The position numbers and the translations under genes are program-made. 61,332 bases of DNA. Origin: a virus (Duplodnaviria > Caudoviricetes). The notes beneath the pieces were generated by a model. It had not been told where the DNA came from, ran no database searches, and saw nothing but the letters and a program-made list of their open reading frames with translations. Location: the IMG/VR virus record IMGVR_UViG_3300028883_000051, positions 1-61,332 of that record; one strand, given 5' to 3'. This document shows, piece by piece, positions 16,363 to 26,567 of the stretch (position 1 is the stretch's first letter; every line of letters begins with the position of its first letter).

Positions 16363-16922
16363 CTTTCTATTTCATTAAAATCTCCCTCTATCGGTTCAAG
16401 CCCGGCTTGTACCTTTTCAACATCGATATTCTGAGGGAGCATTTCAAGCTGTTGTAAGACCAATAAAACATCTTCTACCTGATTAGGATTACTGGCAGAA
16501 GGTGTTTTCTTTTTCTCTGTTCCGGCAGGAAGCGCCCGCATACCATCTTCTGTATACTCGATAGGCTGATCAGCCTGCCACAGCACCTTAAGCTCCTTAA
16601 GGGCCTTCATGGCGGTATCTAGTAGACGGCTATCACCTGATTTTGTAGGATTACCGTCGTCGTCTGGTTGTGTACTGCGTTCCCACGCCTTCATAGCCTG
16701 ATTATAAATGGATGTATATTGTCGTGTTTGCATGATTTTAATTTCTGCAACGGCATTACCCATCTGCTTTAAGTAGTATTCCTGTTCCTCTTTTACCTGT
16801 CGGCGTAACTGCCCGATAGGTACATCAAGCTGTGTCGCAAGCTCCTGTATCGTTTTACCAGAAGCAAGCTGATCAAGAATATATAAACGTTCGGGTAATG
16901 TCTCTGGTTTTGTTACTTTCAT
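16320..16922 (-). CDS. HTH protein, probable terminase small subunit
   Basis: N-terminal HTH (ASGKTIQELATQLDV), helical core, AWERS...GDSRLL pattern seen in phage TerS-like proteins. Confidence 0.6.
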   Translation of the reverse strand: MKVTKPETLPERLYILDQLASGKTIQELATQLDVPIGQLRRQVKEEQEYYLKQMGNAVAEIKIMQTRQYTSIYNQAMKAWERSTQPDDDGNPTKSGDSRLLDTAMKALKELKVLWQADQPIEYTEDGMRALPAGTEKKKTPSASNPNQVEDVLLVLQQLEMLPQNIDVEKVQAGLEPIEGDFNEIESAEGGSRTHTPKGS

Positions 16923-17518
16923 ACGCCACGCTCAATCCGATCAATGATAAGATTATATATTTCCATTGCAGTTTCCTGCGGTGTACGATTGGCATCGATG
17001 ACGCGCATACCATCATTATCAAGTGCATAACGTAGATAGCGTGCTCGTTTTACCATAATATCATTGGTACTGCGGTCATAATGATTTACGTGCTCTTTAC
17101 TCTGTATACGTTCTGTTACAAGTGAAGCCGGAATATCCAGAATAAAAGTAATATCTGGTCTCATAAACGTATCACTGATAAGTAAATTAAATAACGTAGG
17201 ATTGGTTTTTTGTACTTTACGCTGATAGACGTAAGAGCTTGGTACATACCTATCCATAAGTACGATGATACCGTTTTCAATACAACTTTCTATTGTTTTA
17301 TTTAATTCACATCTTGTTGCTGAAAAAAGTAAAAGCTGTGAAAGTGGTTCAAGATCATCGTATTTAAAAAGGATATTTCGGATTTCTTCACCAAACATAG
17401 TGCTTCCCGGCTCTCGTACACTTTTTACAGCGTACCCGGCTTCTTTAAGATATTGGTCAAGTAAAGTACAGACGGTAGTTTTGCCGCTACCGTCTATACC
17501 TTCAATTACGAAAAACAT
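16919..17518 (-). CDS. tmk: Thymidylate kinase
   Basis: IEGIDGSGKTT P-loop, REPG, MDRY, PDITFILD; AGGAG RBS. Confidence 0.95.
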   Translation of the reverse strand: MFFVIEGIDGSGKTTVCTLLDQYLKEAGYAVKSVREPGSTMFGEEIRNILFKYDDLEPLSQLLLFSATRCELNKTIESCIENGIIVLMDRYVPSSYVYQRKVQKTNPTLFNLLISDTFMRPDITFILDIPASLVTERIQSKEHVNHYDRSTNDIMVKRARYLRYALDNDGMRVIDANRTPQETAMEIYNLIIDRIERGV

Positions 17519-17529
17519 GTATGCTCCTG

Positions 17530-18087
17530 TTAGACTTTGGGTAGTGTGACTTCTTTCTTTTGCCCCTGATACTTGCCTTTTGTATCGGCGTATGAAGTTG
17601 TACAAACTTCATCTGCCCTGAAAAAAATAAGCTGCGCAATACCCTGCTTGGGGTAAATACGTAAAGGCTGTGGGGCGGTATTGGATAGTTCGATGGTAAG
17701 ATACCCTTCCCATTCCGGTTCAAGCGGCGTTACGTTTACGATAAGCCCACAGCGCGCATACGTGGATTTACCAAGGCATATGCCAAGAATATCACGTGGA
17801 ATTTTAAATTTCTCGTAGCTGTGTGCCAGTACAAAGCTGTTTGGTGGGATGACGATAGGGTTTTCAGCGATAATTTTCTTAAATTCAATTTCCCTGCTGT
17901 CACGTGGATCGATGATGCCGCCGCGTGCCTGCGAAAAGATAAAGAAGGTATCGCCAAGCCGGATGTCATAACCGTAACTACTTGGCCCGTAGGAAATAAC
18001 GCCATTTTTAAACTTAGTTGTTTCATACGGATAAATCATATTTTCTGTTACACAACGGTGTATAATCTGATGATCTGCAAGAGGCAT
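17530..18087 (-). CDS. dcd: dCTP deaminase
   Basis: [37 protein letters not shown]. Confidence 0.97.
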   Translation of the reverse strand: MPLADHQIIHRCVTENMIYPYETTKFKNGVISYGPSSYGYDIRLGDTFFIFSQARGGIIDPRDSREIEFKKIIAENPIVIPPNSFVLAHSYEKFKIPRDILGICLGKSTYARCGLIVNVTPLEPEWEGYLTIELSNTAPQPLRIYPKQGIAQLIFFRADEVCTTSYADTKGKYQGQKKEVTLPKV

Positions 18088-18089
18088 AA

Positions 18090-18365
18090 TTACACGTTTC
18101 CTTTCAGTGTAAAATCAATAATAATCATACCGATACGGTTTCCTGTTACGTCTTTAATTTCCCAATACTTTTCAAATTCCGGTAATACTTCCTGTTGGTA
18201 GTGCTGCATGTAATGATATTCTTTACCTGTAAAGGTGACACGAATAGTCTTATTTTGCGTCTTAGCTGCTTCAAGTGCCATAATACTTTCGATATAAATG
18301 CGCAGTAGACGGGTATAACGGTCATGCTCTAAGGCTAAATTGTACAAATATGCGGGGTTTTTCAT
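18090..18365 (-). CDS. Hypothetical protein
   Basis: GAAAGGA RBS; first gene after minus-strand promoter. Confidence 0.7.
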   Translation of the reverse strand: MKNPAYLYNLALEHDRYTRLLRIYIESIMALEAAKTQNKTIRVTFTGKEYHYMQHYQQEVLPEFEKYWEIKDVTGNRIGMIIIDFTLKGNV

Positions 18366-18401
18366 AAAAATCCTTTCTAAGTTATGTAAAATGACATAAA
18401 A

Positions 18402-18465
18402 AGTATAACATATTGCTCATTCTTTGTCAATTTAATTTGACAAATAAAATCTTATATGTTATAAT
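18402..18465. promoter_or_regulatory. Back-to-back sigma70 promoters
   Basis: Minus: TTGACA(18430-18425)-17-TATACT; plus: TTGACA(18437-18442)-17-TATAAT with TG extension. Confidence 0.85.
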
Positions 18466-18493
18466 ATTAAAAGTTAATTTTTCAGAGGTGTTT

Positions 18494-19795
18494 ATGGATG
18501 ATAAATCAATGCTTCTGGAAAAGCTAACGCCGCGTATGACAAACTACATACCTGTAGTTCCTTCCGTAAAACAAACCGCCTTTTTATTATTAAATCATAT
18601 ACAAGAAGTTTTGTACGGAGGCGCAGCAGGTGGTGGTAAAAGTATTGCGTTACTTATGGCGGCTTTACAATATGTAGATCAACCTATGTACAATGCCATA
18701 ATTTTCAGGCGTACATATGCGGACTTGGCTTTACCGGGTGCGCTAATGGATGTAGCTTTTGAATGGCTTTCTAACACAGATGCAAAATGGCAAGATAAAC
18801 AAAAAACATGGCTATTTCCATCTGGCGCATCCTTATCCTTTGGGTACTTAGATACCGAGAATACAAAGTATCGGTATCAGGGTGCGGATTTTCAGTTTAT
18901 CGGATTTGACGAACTTACGCAGTTTTCGGAAAGCCAGTATCTTTATTTGTTTTCCCGTATGCGCAAGAATGAAAATAATCCTATTCCGTTACGTATGCGG
19001 GCGGCAAGTAATCCCGGCGGACGTGGGCATTATTGGGTACGAAAGCGTTTTATTTTACCTAAAGAGCCGACACCGGATCGTTTGTTTATACCCGCTACTC
19101 TTGAAGATAATCCTTATCTAAATAAAACGGAATATAAAAAAGCTCTTGGCAATCTGGATATGACGACAAAGCAACAGCTTCTAATCGGTGATTGGGATAT
19201 TACTGAGAAGGGGCTTATGTTTGATCGGGATTGGATTAATGTTATTGCTCCAATTGATGTTCCGGATGCTCATGAGTTTGACAAGATAGTTAGAGCGTGG
19301 GACTTGGCTGCGACAGAGCCACGTAGAGGTAATTCCGATCCTGACTATACTGTAGGGGTAAAGGTCGGACGGAAGGGGGAGAAGTATTTTATTCTCGATA
19401 TTGTTCGTTTTAGGGGCACGCCAAAGCAGACAGAGGATCAAATACTTACAACGGCGCGGGTTGACGGGCCTTTGATAGAAATATTTATTGAACAAGACCC
19501 CGGCGCTGCGGGGAAAACCGTAATGGAACATTTTCGTACCCTTCTTGTTGGGTATACCCTTACGGCACAGCGTCTTACAGGGGGCAAAGATACCCGCGCT
19601 ATGCCTGCTTCTTCTGCGGCACAAGCAGGACAGGTATTTGCAACAGAACAATTCTGGTTGTGGGATTTTTTGGCAGAGTTAGAAAAATTTCCATACGGTG
19701 ATCATGATGATCAAGTAGACGCTTTTGCAACAGCGGTAAATGCTCTACATCGTCCGTTTGAAGTAGAAGTGTTTAATAACCCATTTTATAAATAA
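18494..19795 (+). CDS. terL: Terminase large subunit
   Basis: LYGGAAGGGKS Walker A, FDELTQF Walker B, SNPGG, RAWDLA and HDDQVDA nuclease motifs. Confidence 0.97.
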   Translation: MDDKSMLLEKLTPRMTNYIPVVPSVKQTAFLLLNHIQEVLYGGAAGGGKSIALLMAALQYVDQPMYNAIIFRRTYADLALPGALMDVAFEWLSNTDAKWQDKQKTWLFPSGASLSFGYLDTENTKYRYQGADFQFIGFDELTQFSESQYLYLFSRMRKNENNPIPLRMRAASNPGGRGHYWVRKRFILPKEPTPDRLFIPATLEDNPYLNKTEYKKALGNLDMTTKQQLLIGDWDITEKGLMFDRDWINVIAPIDVPDAHEFDKIVRAWDLAATEPRRGNSDPDYTVGVKVGRKGEKYFILDIVRFRGTPKQTEDQILTTARVDGPLIEIFIEQDPGAAGKTVMEHFRTLLVGYTLTAQRLTGGKDTRAMPASSAAQAGQVFATEQFWLWDFLAELEKFPYGDHDDQVDAFATAVNALHRPFEVEVFNNPFYK

Positions 19796-19806
19796 GAGGA
19801 AAGTAG

Positions 19807-21246
19807 ATGCCACAGATTGAATTTAATGGAAAATACGATCCCTATGATATGGAGATTTTTCAAAAGGGAGATGACGAACGTGTACAGCGTCATTCTTTGT
19901 TATCTCTGTATTGGGATTATTACTACGGAAATCATCGTAAATTCCTGAAAGCTACACCCGGCTCTTACGATGATAATGTTACGATTAACCTGTGCAGTCA
20001 GGCAGTCGATAGAACGGTAGCGTTCTTACTTCCTGAACCGCCAAAGGTAAAATATACAGCTAAGAAACACCAGAAGAAACTTTCTGATTTATGGGAAAAA
20101 CAACCGTACATAAGGACACTGCTTACTGATGTTGCGATTTCCGGTTTAGTTTCAGGGCACGTATTTTTACGGCTCGATAACAGTAATCCAGATTTAACCC
20201 GGTTTGTTAATCTCGATCCACGTCTTATGACTGTTTTTTGGGATACACGAAATGCACACGAACCGCTTTGGTATCGGATGACTTGGGGAGAGCGTGATCA
20301 AATCAGCTATACGGATAATCTCTTTATTGAAGATTATGTGCCCGGAAAATATGTGGACGGCAGTAGTGGTTGGTTTATCTTTACGTATAAATGGAATCCA
20401 ACATCAAAACAGTTTATTACTGTTATTGGGGAAGAATATTGGGATTATCCGTTTGCACCTATTATAGATTGGAAAGCACAACCAGCGCCCTTCACTTATT
20501 ATGGGCCTTCCTTGTTAAAACACTTACATGTAAACGATATTGTAAATTTCCTGTTTTCAAATACAAACCGTATTTTACGTTTCCATGCCCATCCAAAGAC
20601 GATTATTCTTGGGGCGGGTAAACAGGATTTACAGCAAACTTCTATTGATCAGGTATGGGCAATTCCTGTTGTTGGCGCAGAAGTATTTAACCTTGAAATG
20701 CAGTCAGAATTAAATGCTTCTATACAGATGTTTGAACAGGCAAAAGCATCATTCTTTGCTCAAACACATGTTGTTGATACAACGACTAATAAAGACCGTA
20801 TCGGGCAAATCACTAATTTTGGTTTGCATGTACTATTCTCAGATATGTTGGATAATACTCGTGTTATTCAACAGCTATTTGGAATGGGATTAAAGGAAAG
20901 CATTAAGCGGGCAATGGCAATTATGGGAGAATCAACTGCGGAATTTCCAGAAGTAGTTTGGGTTGATCCGTTACCTGTTAACAGGTCGGAACTGGTAAAT
21001 GCCGTTAAGGTTGAACAGAGTGTCGGTGTTACTTCTAATCAGAGTTTGGCGGAAATGCTTAATCGTGACTTTAATAAAGAACAAGAACGTATTAAGACGG
21101 AACAAAAGAAAATGATGTTAAATCTCGGTGAAGAAGGGATGCACGATGTCGCAGATTTACCAATTGCGCAAAAATCAGGCTCTACGTCGGACAAACAAGA
21201 ATATGATGATAACGACAGACTTCAAAGAGCTATTGAGAGCATTTAA
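19807..21246 (+). CDS. Portal protein (SPP1 gp6-like)
   Basis: Follows TerL; YWDYYYGNH, NLCSQAVD, W.DPLP motifs; 479 aa. Confidence 0.88.
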   Translation: MPQIEFNGKYDPYDMEIFQKGDDERVQRHSLLSLYWDYYYGNHRKFLKATPGSYDDNVTINLCSQAVDRTVAFLLPEPPKVKYTAKKHQKKLSDLWEKQPYIRTLLTDVAISGLVSGHVFLRLDNSNPDLTRFVNLDPRLMTVFWDTRNAHEPLWYRMTWGERDQISYTDNLFIEDYVPGKYVDGSSGWFIFTYKWNPTSKQFITVIGEEYWDYPFAPIIDWKAQPAPFTYYGPSLLKHLHVNDIVNFLFSNTNRILRFHAHPKTIILGAGKQDLQQTSIDQVWAIPVVGAEVFNLEMQSELNASIQMFEQAKASFFAQTHVVDTTTNKDRIGQITNFGLHVLFSDMLDNTRVIQQLFGMGLKESIKRAMAIMGESTAEFPEVVWVDPLPVNRSELVNAVKVEQSVGVTSNQSLAEMLNRDFNKEQERIKTEQKKMMLNLGEEGMHDVADLPIAQKSGSTSDKQEYDDNDRLQRAIESI

Positions 21247-21484
21247 TGCTTTTGGATTATCGCGTGGAGAGGTCAACGATCTATACGATGTCTGGAAGTT
21301 GGGAGCGCCAACGCCAGATTCTATTATTCGTGATCCAAAACATTTTAATCCTGAGCATGATAATACAGTAAAACGAGTTATTCCAACGGAGTGGTTACGC
21401 CCCGTTTTAAAAAACCTTGCTGATAAGCGGGGAATTAATTTAACTGAAGAATTAGCAGAAGCTATTCTATACGGAGGACGTTAA
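21203..21484 (+). CDS. Hypothetical head-module protein
   Basis: Fills gap between portal and scaffold; start uncertain. Confidence 0.6.
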   Translation: MMITTDFKELLRAFNAFGLSRGEVNDLYDVWKLGAPTPDSIIRDPKHFNPEHDNTVKRVIPTEWLRPVLKNLADKRGINLTEELAEAILYGGR

Positions 21485-21488
21485 ATAA

Positions 21489-22193
21489 ATGTCAGAAAAA
21501 ACAGTTGTAGTGGAAGGCGTGAAGCAAGAAGCTACAGATACGGCTAGTGTTGAAAGTACACAGCCAGTAGCAGATACACCTGTTGAACAGGACGTTGCAC
21601 TTGAAACTGCTACAGAAGATGAACCGCAAGATGTAAAATCTTTGCCGGATTGGGCACAGGATTATATCAAAAAGCTCAATAAGGAAAGTGCGGGCAGACG
21701 TGTTGAAAATAAAGCTCTATCGAACCAAGTGCAGCAATTTGAAGATATGTTTAAGCAACTAATGGAAACTGTGCAGGCACAGGGAAGCACTAATCCTGCT
21801 GTGGAACAGCCGGAAATACAAGAAGTTACCCCGGATATTTTGGGGCAGGCGGTCACTACTATGCAGGAAACACTGAGTAAATTAAGCCGTGAAAACATTG
21901 TAATGAGAGTTAGTAATGAGTTGGGCTTACCAGTGGAAATTGTGCAAAATCTAAGTGGGCAAACTTATGATGATTTAGCTGTGCAGGCGCAACAAATTGC
22001 ATCATTAGCTGTTCCTGCGAGTGACAAGTCTGCAAAAAAGGTATCCAATTCACCGCCTAAAGCTCCTACCGCTGAAGCTAGTGTCGGAGTAACAGATGCA
22101 CAACGGGCCAATAAGTATTTTAGTGCAGGGGGAGCTGATTCCTCCGGGTTATTTAGTGGACGTGGCGGGGTTGTTAGGTACGATAACGATTAA
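21489..22193 (+). CDS. Capsid scaffolding protein
   Basis: Acidic N-terminus, LPDWAQDYIKKLNKESAGRR motif, directly before MCP. Confidence 0.8.
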   Translation: MSEKTVVVEGVKQEATDTASVESTQPVADTPVEQDVALETATEDEPQDVKSLPDWAQDYIKKLNKESAGRRVENKALSNQVQQFEDMFKQLMETVQAQGSTNPAVEQPEIQEVTPDILGQAVTTMQETLSKLSRENIVMRVSNELGLPVEIVQNLSGQTYDDLAVQAQQIASLAVPASDKSAKKVSNSPPKAPTAEASVGVTDAQRANKYFSAGGADSSGLFSGRGGVVRYDND

Positions 22194-22216
22194 CTATATT
22201 TTTGGAGGCTTTTATA

Positions 22217-23074
22217 ATGACTACAAATATCAGTAAAGTATCAAGCATGAATAGCTTGTTTAACAATATTTATGAAGATACGGTATTTGTGGCACGTGAA
22301 TCTGCTATTATGCCTGCTCTTGTTACCGGGTATACCGGACAGGGTATGGCTGACCGTACTATGGGTATTTATCCGCAGGCGACGGCGGAAACCGTGTCAG
22401 AAGGGGAAGCGTATGCTAATCCTCTTGAATGGACTAAAACGTCCGAAATGAGCATTACCCCCTTTAAGATTAAGGTGCAGACGATCCTAACGGATGAACG
22501 TGTTGCAACTGATCCTGAAGATGCTCAGCGTGCAGCTGCACGTGAAATGGGTATGGCAATTGCTCAGAAAATTGATGAAGATTTATTGGGGCTGTTTGGT
22601 AGTTTTGACAGCGATCTTGGTACGGCTGGTAGTTCGCTTACGATTAAGCGTGTTGCCGCTGGTATGGCTGTTCTTCGGAATAGCGTCGTTTCTAATCCGC
22701 TGAACGTCGTTGTGCATCCTTACGGATGGTTTGACGTTTGGGTAGCTCTTGGTCAGCCGGAAGCTAGTCAGGCTTTGCTTGGTGATGTGGCTAATCAGGC
22801 GCTTCGTGATTTCTATGTTGGTAACTGGATTAATGCGCGCTGGTTTACTAGCTCGAACATTAGTGTCGATTCGTCTGATGATGCTGTTTCTGCGGTGTTC
22901 CACGGTGAGGCGTTGGCTCTCGATAGCCGTAAGCCGATTACTCTTGAACCTGCTCGTGACGCAGATCGTGACGCTTGGAAACTTAATATGTCCGCTTGGT
23001 ATGGTAAGGCTGTGCGGCGCTCGTCTTATGGTGTTGCGCTTACGCATGATGCTACCACTCCAACGGGTACATAA
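22217..23074 (+). CDS. Major capsid protein
   Basis: Position, GGAGG RBS, high-expression codon bias, HK97-like features (EG..., MAIAQKIDEDLL, VVVHP). Confidence 0.88.
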   Translation: MTTNISKVSSMNSLFNNIYEDTVFVARESAIMPALVTGYTGQGMADRTMGIYPQATAETVSEGEAYANPLEWTKTSEMSITPFKIKVQTILTDERVATDPEDAQRAAAREMGMAIAQKIDEDLLGLFGSFDSDLGTAGSSLTIKRVAAGMAVLRNSVVSNPLNVVVHPYGWFDVWVALGQPEASQALLGDVANQALRDFYVGNWINARWFTSSNISVDSSDDAVSAVFHGEALALDSRKPITLEPARDADRDAWKLNMSAWYGKAVRRSSYGVALTHDATTPTGT

Positions 23075-23085
23075 GGGGGATTTAA

Positions 23086-23499
23086 ATGTCTAACTTTGCT
23101 TATTTTAATGATTATGTATTTGAGGCTACTATCAGTGATCCCGGTGGAGATGACAAGCAAATTCACCTGTTTAAAGCTCCACAGAGTATGACTCTTGTTG
23201 ATGCTTATGTGACTTGCAGTACCGCTATGGGTACTTCAAAGGGTGCGCAGCTTACGCTTCAGAATTGGGGTACTGGTGGAATTGCGGTACAGACTGGTGG
23301 TACGATTACTGATACTATCGGTGGTAGTGCAGCGGCAGATGCTATTGCAGCCGCTACGCCTGCTGCTTTTACTATCGCTGCTGCTAGTAAAAAGCTGGCT
23401 TCAGGAGAATGGCTTGTTCTGGATTATCAGGAACAGGGCGATTTTCAGGGCGGCGTTATGCGCGTTCATGTTCATGCGCGTCCCGGCGTTTCTGGCTAG
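23086..23499 (+). CDS. Capsid decoration/minor head protein
   Basis: Follows MCP with similar codon bias; A/G/T-rich beta protein. Confidence 0.65.
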   Translation: MSNFAYFNDYVFEATISDPGGDDKQIHLFKAPQSMTLVDAYVTCSTAMGTSKGAQLTLQNWGTGGIAVQTGGTITDTIGGSAAADAIAAATPAAFTIAAASKKLASGEWLVLDYQEQGDFQGGVMRVHVHARPGVSG

Positions 23500-23526
23500 T
23501 ATGTAGTAAGTAAATAAAGAATAAGA

Positions 23527-23554
23527 GAGAAAAGCATACGCTTTTCTCTTTTTT
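23527..23554 (+). terminator. Intrinsic terminator after capsid genes
   Basis: GAGAAAAGC-ATAC-GCTTTTCTC then T run. Confidence 0.8.
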
Positions 23555-23556
23555 AT

Positions 23557-23585
23557 TTGACATATATTATCGTTTATGTTATTAT
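23557..23585 (+). promoter_or_regulatory. sigma70 promoter for glycosyltransferase/tail genes
   Basis: TTGACA-17-TATTAT with TG extension. Confidence 0.75.
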
Positions 23586-23620
23586 TAACTATATTACTTA
23601 CATAATTGAAAGGGTATATT

Positions 23621-24781
23621 ATGTCTAAAAAGAAAGTGCTGTGGCATAGCAATAGTCCTTTAGCCGGGACAGGTTATGGAAATCAGACTTATATATTTTC
23701 AAAGATTTTAAAAGAAGCCGGATATGATGTTACAATTTCGGCTACTTATGGGCTTTCGGGTAGTAGTATTGAGTTTGATGGCATTACTATTTTACCGCGT
23801 GGACTTGATAAAGCAGGAAATGATGTACTAGGCGCACACTATGAAGTGCTTAAGCCGGATATTCTATTTACACTTATTGATAGTTGGATTTTAAATCCGA
23901 ATATTATTAGTAAGCTGCCATTGGCAGTGTGGACTCCGATTGACCACGACCCTGTTCCGCCTAAAGTAACAGAGGTTATGGATGCAATTTCTTTTCCCGT
24001 TGCAATGAGTAAGTTTGGCGAAAGTGCTTTACGAGATGAAGGTGTCGATCCTTATTATATTCCGCATGGTGTCGTTACAAATATCTTTGAGCCAAAAGAT
24101 AAAACTGAGGCACGTAAACGCTTTAAGGTAGAAGATGACGTATTTGTTGCTATTATGAACGCCGCAAATAAAGGTTATCCTTGCCGTAAATCATTTGAAT
24201 CGGTACTTAAAGCATGGAAGGCTTTTACAGATAAACACCCAAGAAGTATTTTATACATGCACACACTTCCTGTTGAAAATTTTGGTGGACTTGATTTTGA
24301 TGCTGCACTAAAGTTTTATCACTTAGATCGTGGACAGGTAAGATTTCCAAATATGTATAAATATGTTATGGGCGAATATAAGTGGGATTTTCTGGTAGAT
24401 ATGTACAATATGGCAGACGTACTTCTTGCCCCGTCTATGGGAGAAGGTTTTGGTATTCCAGTTGTTGAAGCACATGCTTGCGGTTGCCCTACAATTGTTA
24501 CTGATTTTTCTGCACAAGCAGAACTTGGGGCTACGTATAAAATTCCAATTAATCGTTTTGATGATTTACGTATTATGCCACAACGTAGCGAGCAGGCTTT
24601 TGTATTGCCTTCACAAATTCTTGCCGGACTTGAATGGGTGTACAATCATGAACATCCGGAACAGTTACGAGAACAGGCGCGTGAAGCTGCTATGCCTTAT
24701 GATGCACTTGTTGTTTTTGAGCGTTATATGCAACCCGTATTTGAGGCAATAGCTGATATTACGGCAATTCAAAATGCCTAA
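23621..24781 (+). CDS. Glycosyltransferase, GT-B fold (GT4-like)
   Basis: TGYGNQ, IPHGV, ADVLLAPSMGEGFGIPVVEAHACGCPTI. Confidence 0.92.
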   Translation: MSKKKVLWHSNSPLAGTGYGNQTYIFSKILKEAGYDVTISATYGLSGSSIEFDGITILPRGLDKAGNDVLGAHYEVLKPDILFTLIDSWILNPNIISKLPLAVWTPIDHDPVPPKVTEVMDAISFPVAMSKFGESALRDEGVDPYYIPHGVVTNIFEPKDKTEARKRFKVEDDVFVAIMNAANKGYPCRKSFESVLKAWKAFTDKHPRSILYMHTLPVENFGGLDFDAALKFYHLDRGQVRFPNMYKYVMGEYKWDFLVDMYNMADVLLAPSMGEGFGIPVVEAHACGCPTIVTDFSAQAELGATYKIPINRFDDLRIMPQRSEQAFVLPSQILAGLEWVYNHEHPEQLREQAREAAMPYDALVVFERYMQPVFEAIADITAIQNA

Positions 24782-25259
24782 TATTTATCAGCAAATAAAA
24801 CCAAAACCTACACGTTACAAGGGAATACGCTATAGGTCAAAACTTGAAGCACAGTGGGCTTATCTGTTTGATTTATATGATCTGCCTTATTTGTATGAGC
24901 CGAATATAAGAGGTATAGCGTATTTACCGGATTTTGAATTACCACAGGGCGTATTGCTTGAGATAAAACCTGAACAGATACCAGAAGAAACACTTCCTAA
25001 ACTTATTAAAGTTGCAAAAGAATTACCGGATTATACAGTATTATTATGCTCTGGATCGTTTTATAAAAAGAGCACAATTTTTATATGGCATGTAAAACCA
25101 AACGGCAATTTAAGTAATGCTTTAGATTTTACATTTTGTGAATATTGTGGTAAGATAACTTTACAGAATAAAATGATTTGTCCGATTTGCGGTAAAATAG
25201 CCTTACCACTAACCATTACAGAAAGGGAACGAATAAGTAAACATGTGTTCAGACGATAG
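24774..25259 (+). CDS. PD-(D/E)XK-family nuclease-like protein with C-terminal Zn finger
   Basis: YRSKLEAQWA...YEP...YLPDF...LEIKP; CEYC...CPIC. Confidence 0.75.
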   Translation: MPNIYQQIKPKPTRYKGIRYRSKLEAQWAYLFDLYDLPYLYEPNIRGIAYLPDFELPQGVLLEIKPEQIPEETLPKLIKVAKELPDYTVLLCSGSFYKKSTIFIWHVKPNGNLSNALDFTFCEYCGKITLQNKMICPICGKIALPLTITERERISKHVFRR

Positions 25260-25944
25260 GACTTATGATGTGACTGTGCTTATACCTGCTTATAATGAAG
25301 AAGCAGATATTCTTACAGCAATCGAATCTATTTATCATAATGATGGAATTACGATACAAACACTCGTAGTTGATGACGCTTCTACAGATGATACATATTG
25401 GAAAGTCTATAATTCAGAATATGATGTAAAAGTATTTCGTAATAAAGAGAATAAAGGAAAAGGCGCTTCTTTAAATACGCTATTTCCATTTGTAAAAGGT
25501 AGGTATTGGATCGTACTTGATGCTGATGATACTTTTGAGCCACAGGCTCTTGCTATACTTGCACATACTTTTGATTTTTTAGTTGAAGATAGTAATCGTG
25601 ATAATTGGTTTGTTTATGGACGTACTTATTATCACGGTATGATAGAACGTATTCATGTGCCTCCGATATTTAAAGCTGATCAATTTTATAAACATAATCC
25701 CGTTTGTTCTCCTATTATGTGTCCGCGCAGAACTTTTGAAAAAGATAATATTAAATATATTGAAGATTTACGTATTGCAGAAGATTGGGGTTTAATGGTT
25801 AGTTTAGTGGAAGCGGGCTATGAGGGCCACGCTAAAGCTGATACTCTTGTTTATCATTATACATATGATAATACTGGCAAGCAGGAACGTAACGAACGTT
25901 TTACTCGTGACGTTTTACGAGAACATTTTCCAAAGGTAAAATAA
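25243..25944 (+). CDS. Glycosyltransferase family 2 (GT-A)
   Basis: VLIPAYNEE, VVDDASTD, LDADD, EDW. Confidence 0.93.
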   Translation: MCSDDRTYDVTVLIPAYNEEADILTAIESIYHNDGITIQTLVVDDASTDDTYWKVYNSEYDVKVFRNKENKGKGASLNTLFPFVKGRYWIVLDADDTFEPQALAILAHTFDFLVEDSNRDNWFVYGRTYYHGMIERIHVPPIFKADQFYKHNPVCSPIMCPRRTFEKDNIKYIEDLRIAEDWGLMVSLVEAGYEGHAKADTLVYHYTYDNTGKQERNERFTRDVLREHFPKVK

Positions 25945-26567
25945 TGGTATTTCCAGTCGTAGAGGGGCATCTTTATTATGAAGAAGCTGTAGCTTTATAT
26001 GAGTATGCCGCAAAAATTACACAAGGTAATATCTTAGAAATAGGAAATTATAGGGGTTATTCTACCGTAATGCTTGGTCTTGGTGCTAAAGTTAATAGGA
26101 CAAACCCTATCATATATTCCGTTGATCCACATCTCCCCTACCGTGATAAATCGGGTAATAATCCTAATTTTCAAAGTAAATATGGCAGAGAAGATAACGA
26201 ACATTTTTTACAAAATATTGTAAAACATAATGTTCATGCTGTTGTATTTCCGATTAGCCTTTCCGTTGAAGATGTAAATATTACGTTTGATATAGGAATG
26301 GCTTTTATTGACGGGTCACATTATTTTGAAGATGTGGTAGAACACACGCTATTGGTTTACGAAAATCTTGTTAAAGATGGATTTTTGATTTACCACGATA
26401 GCACCTATGATGGAGTAGCGCCTGTAATTGATAACTTACAACGGACAGGGCTTGCTTCGCTGGTAGAACGAGTCAGAGGTCTTACTATATTACGTCGTCT
26501 GACAGAAAGGGATGATGAAGATTATGACGAACGTATTGACAAATTTACGAGTCGGTGTGGTATCTGA
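25944..26567 (+). CDS. Class I SAM-dependent methyltransferase (Methyltransf_24-like)
   Basis: LEIGNYRGYST, SVDPH, FIDGSHYFEDV, LIYHD. Confidence 0.9.
   Translation: MVFPVVEGHLYYEEAVALYEYAAKITQGNILEIGNYRGYSTVMLGLGAKVNRTNPIIYSVDPHLPYRDKSGNNPNFQSKYGREDNEHFLQNIVKHNVHAVVFPISLSVEDVNITFDIGMAFIDGSHYFEDVVEHTLLVYENLVKDGFLIYHDSTYDGVAPVIDNLQRTGLASLVERVRGLTILRRLTERDDEDYDERIDKFTSRCGI

Noticed and set aside
22494-23506. Alternative-frame and antisense ORFs over the capsid genes (and similar shadows such as 27224..27886 and 19181..19651)
   Set aside because: No RBS or motifs; explained by codon bias of the real genes
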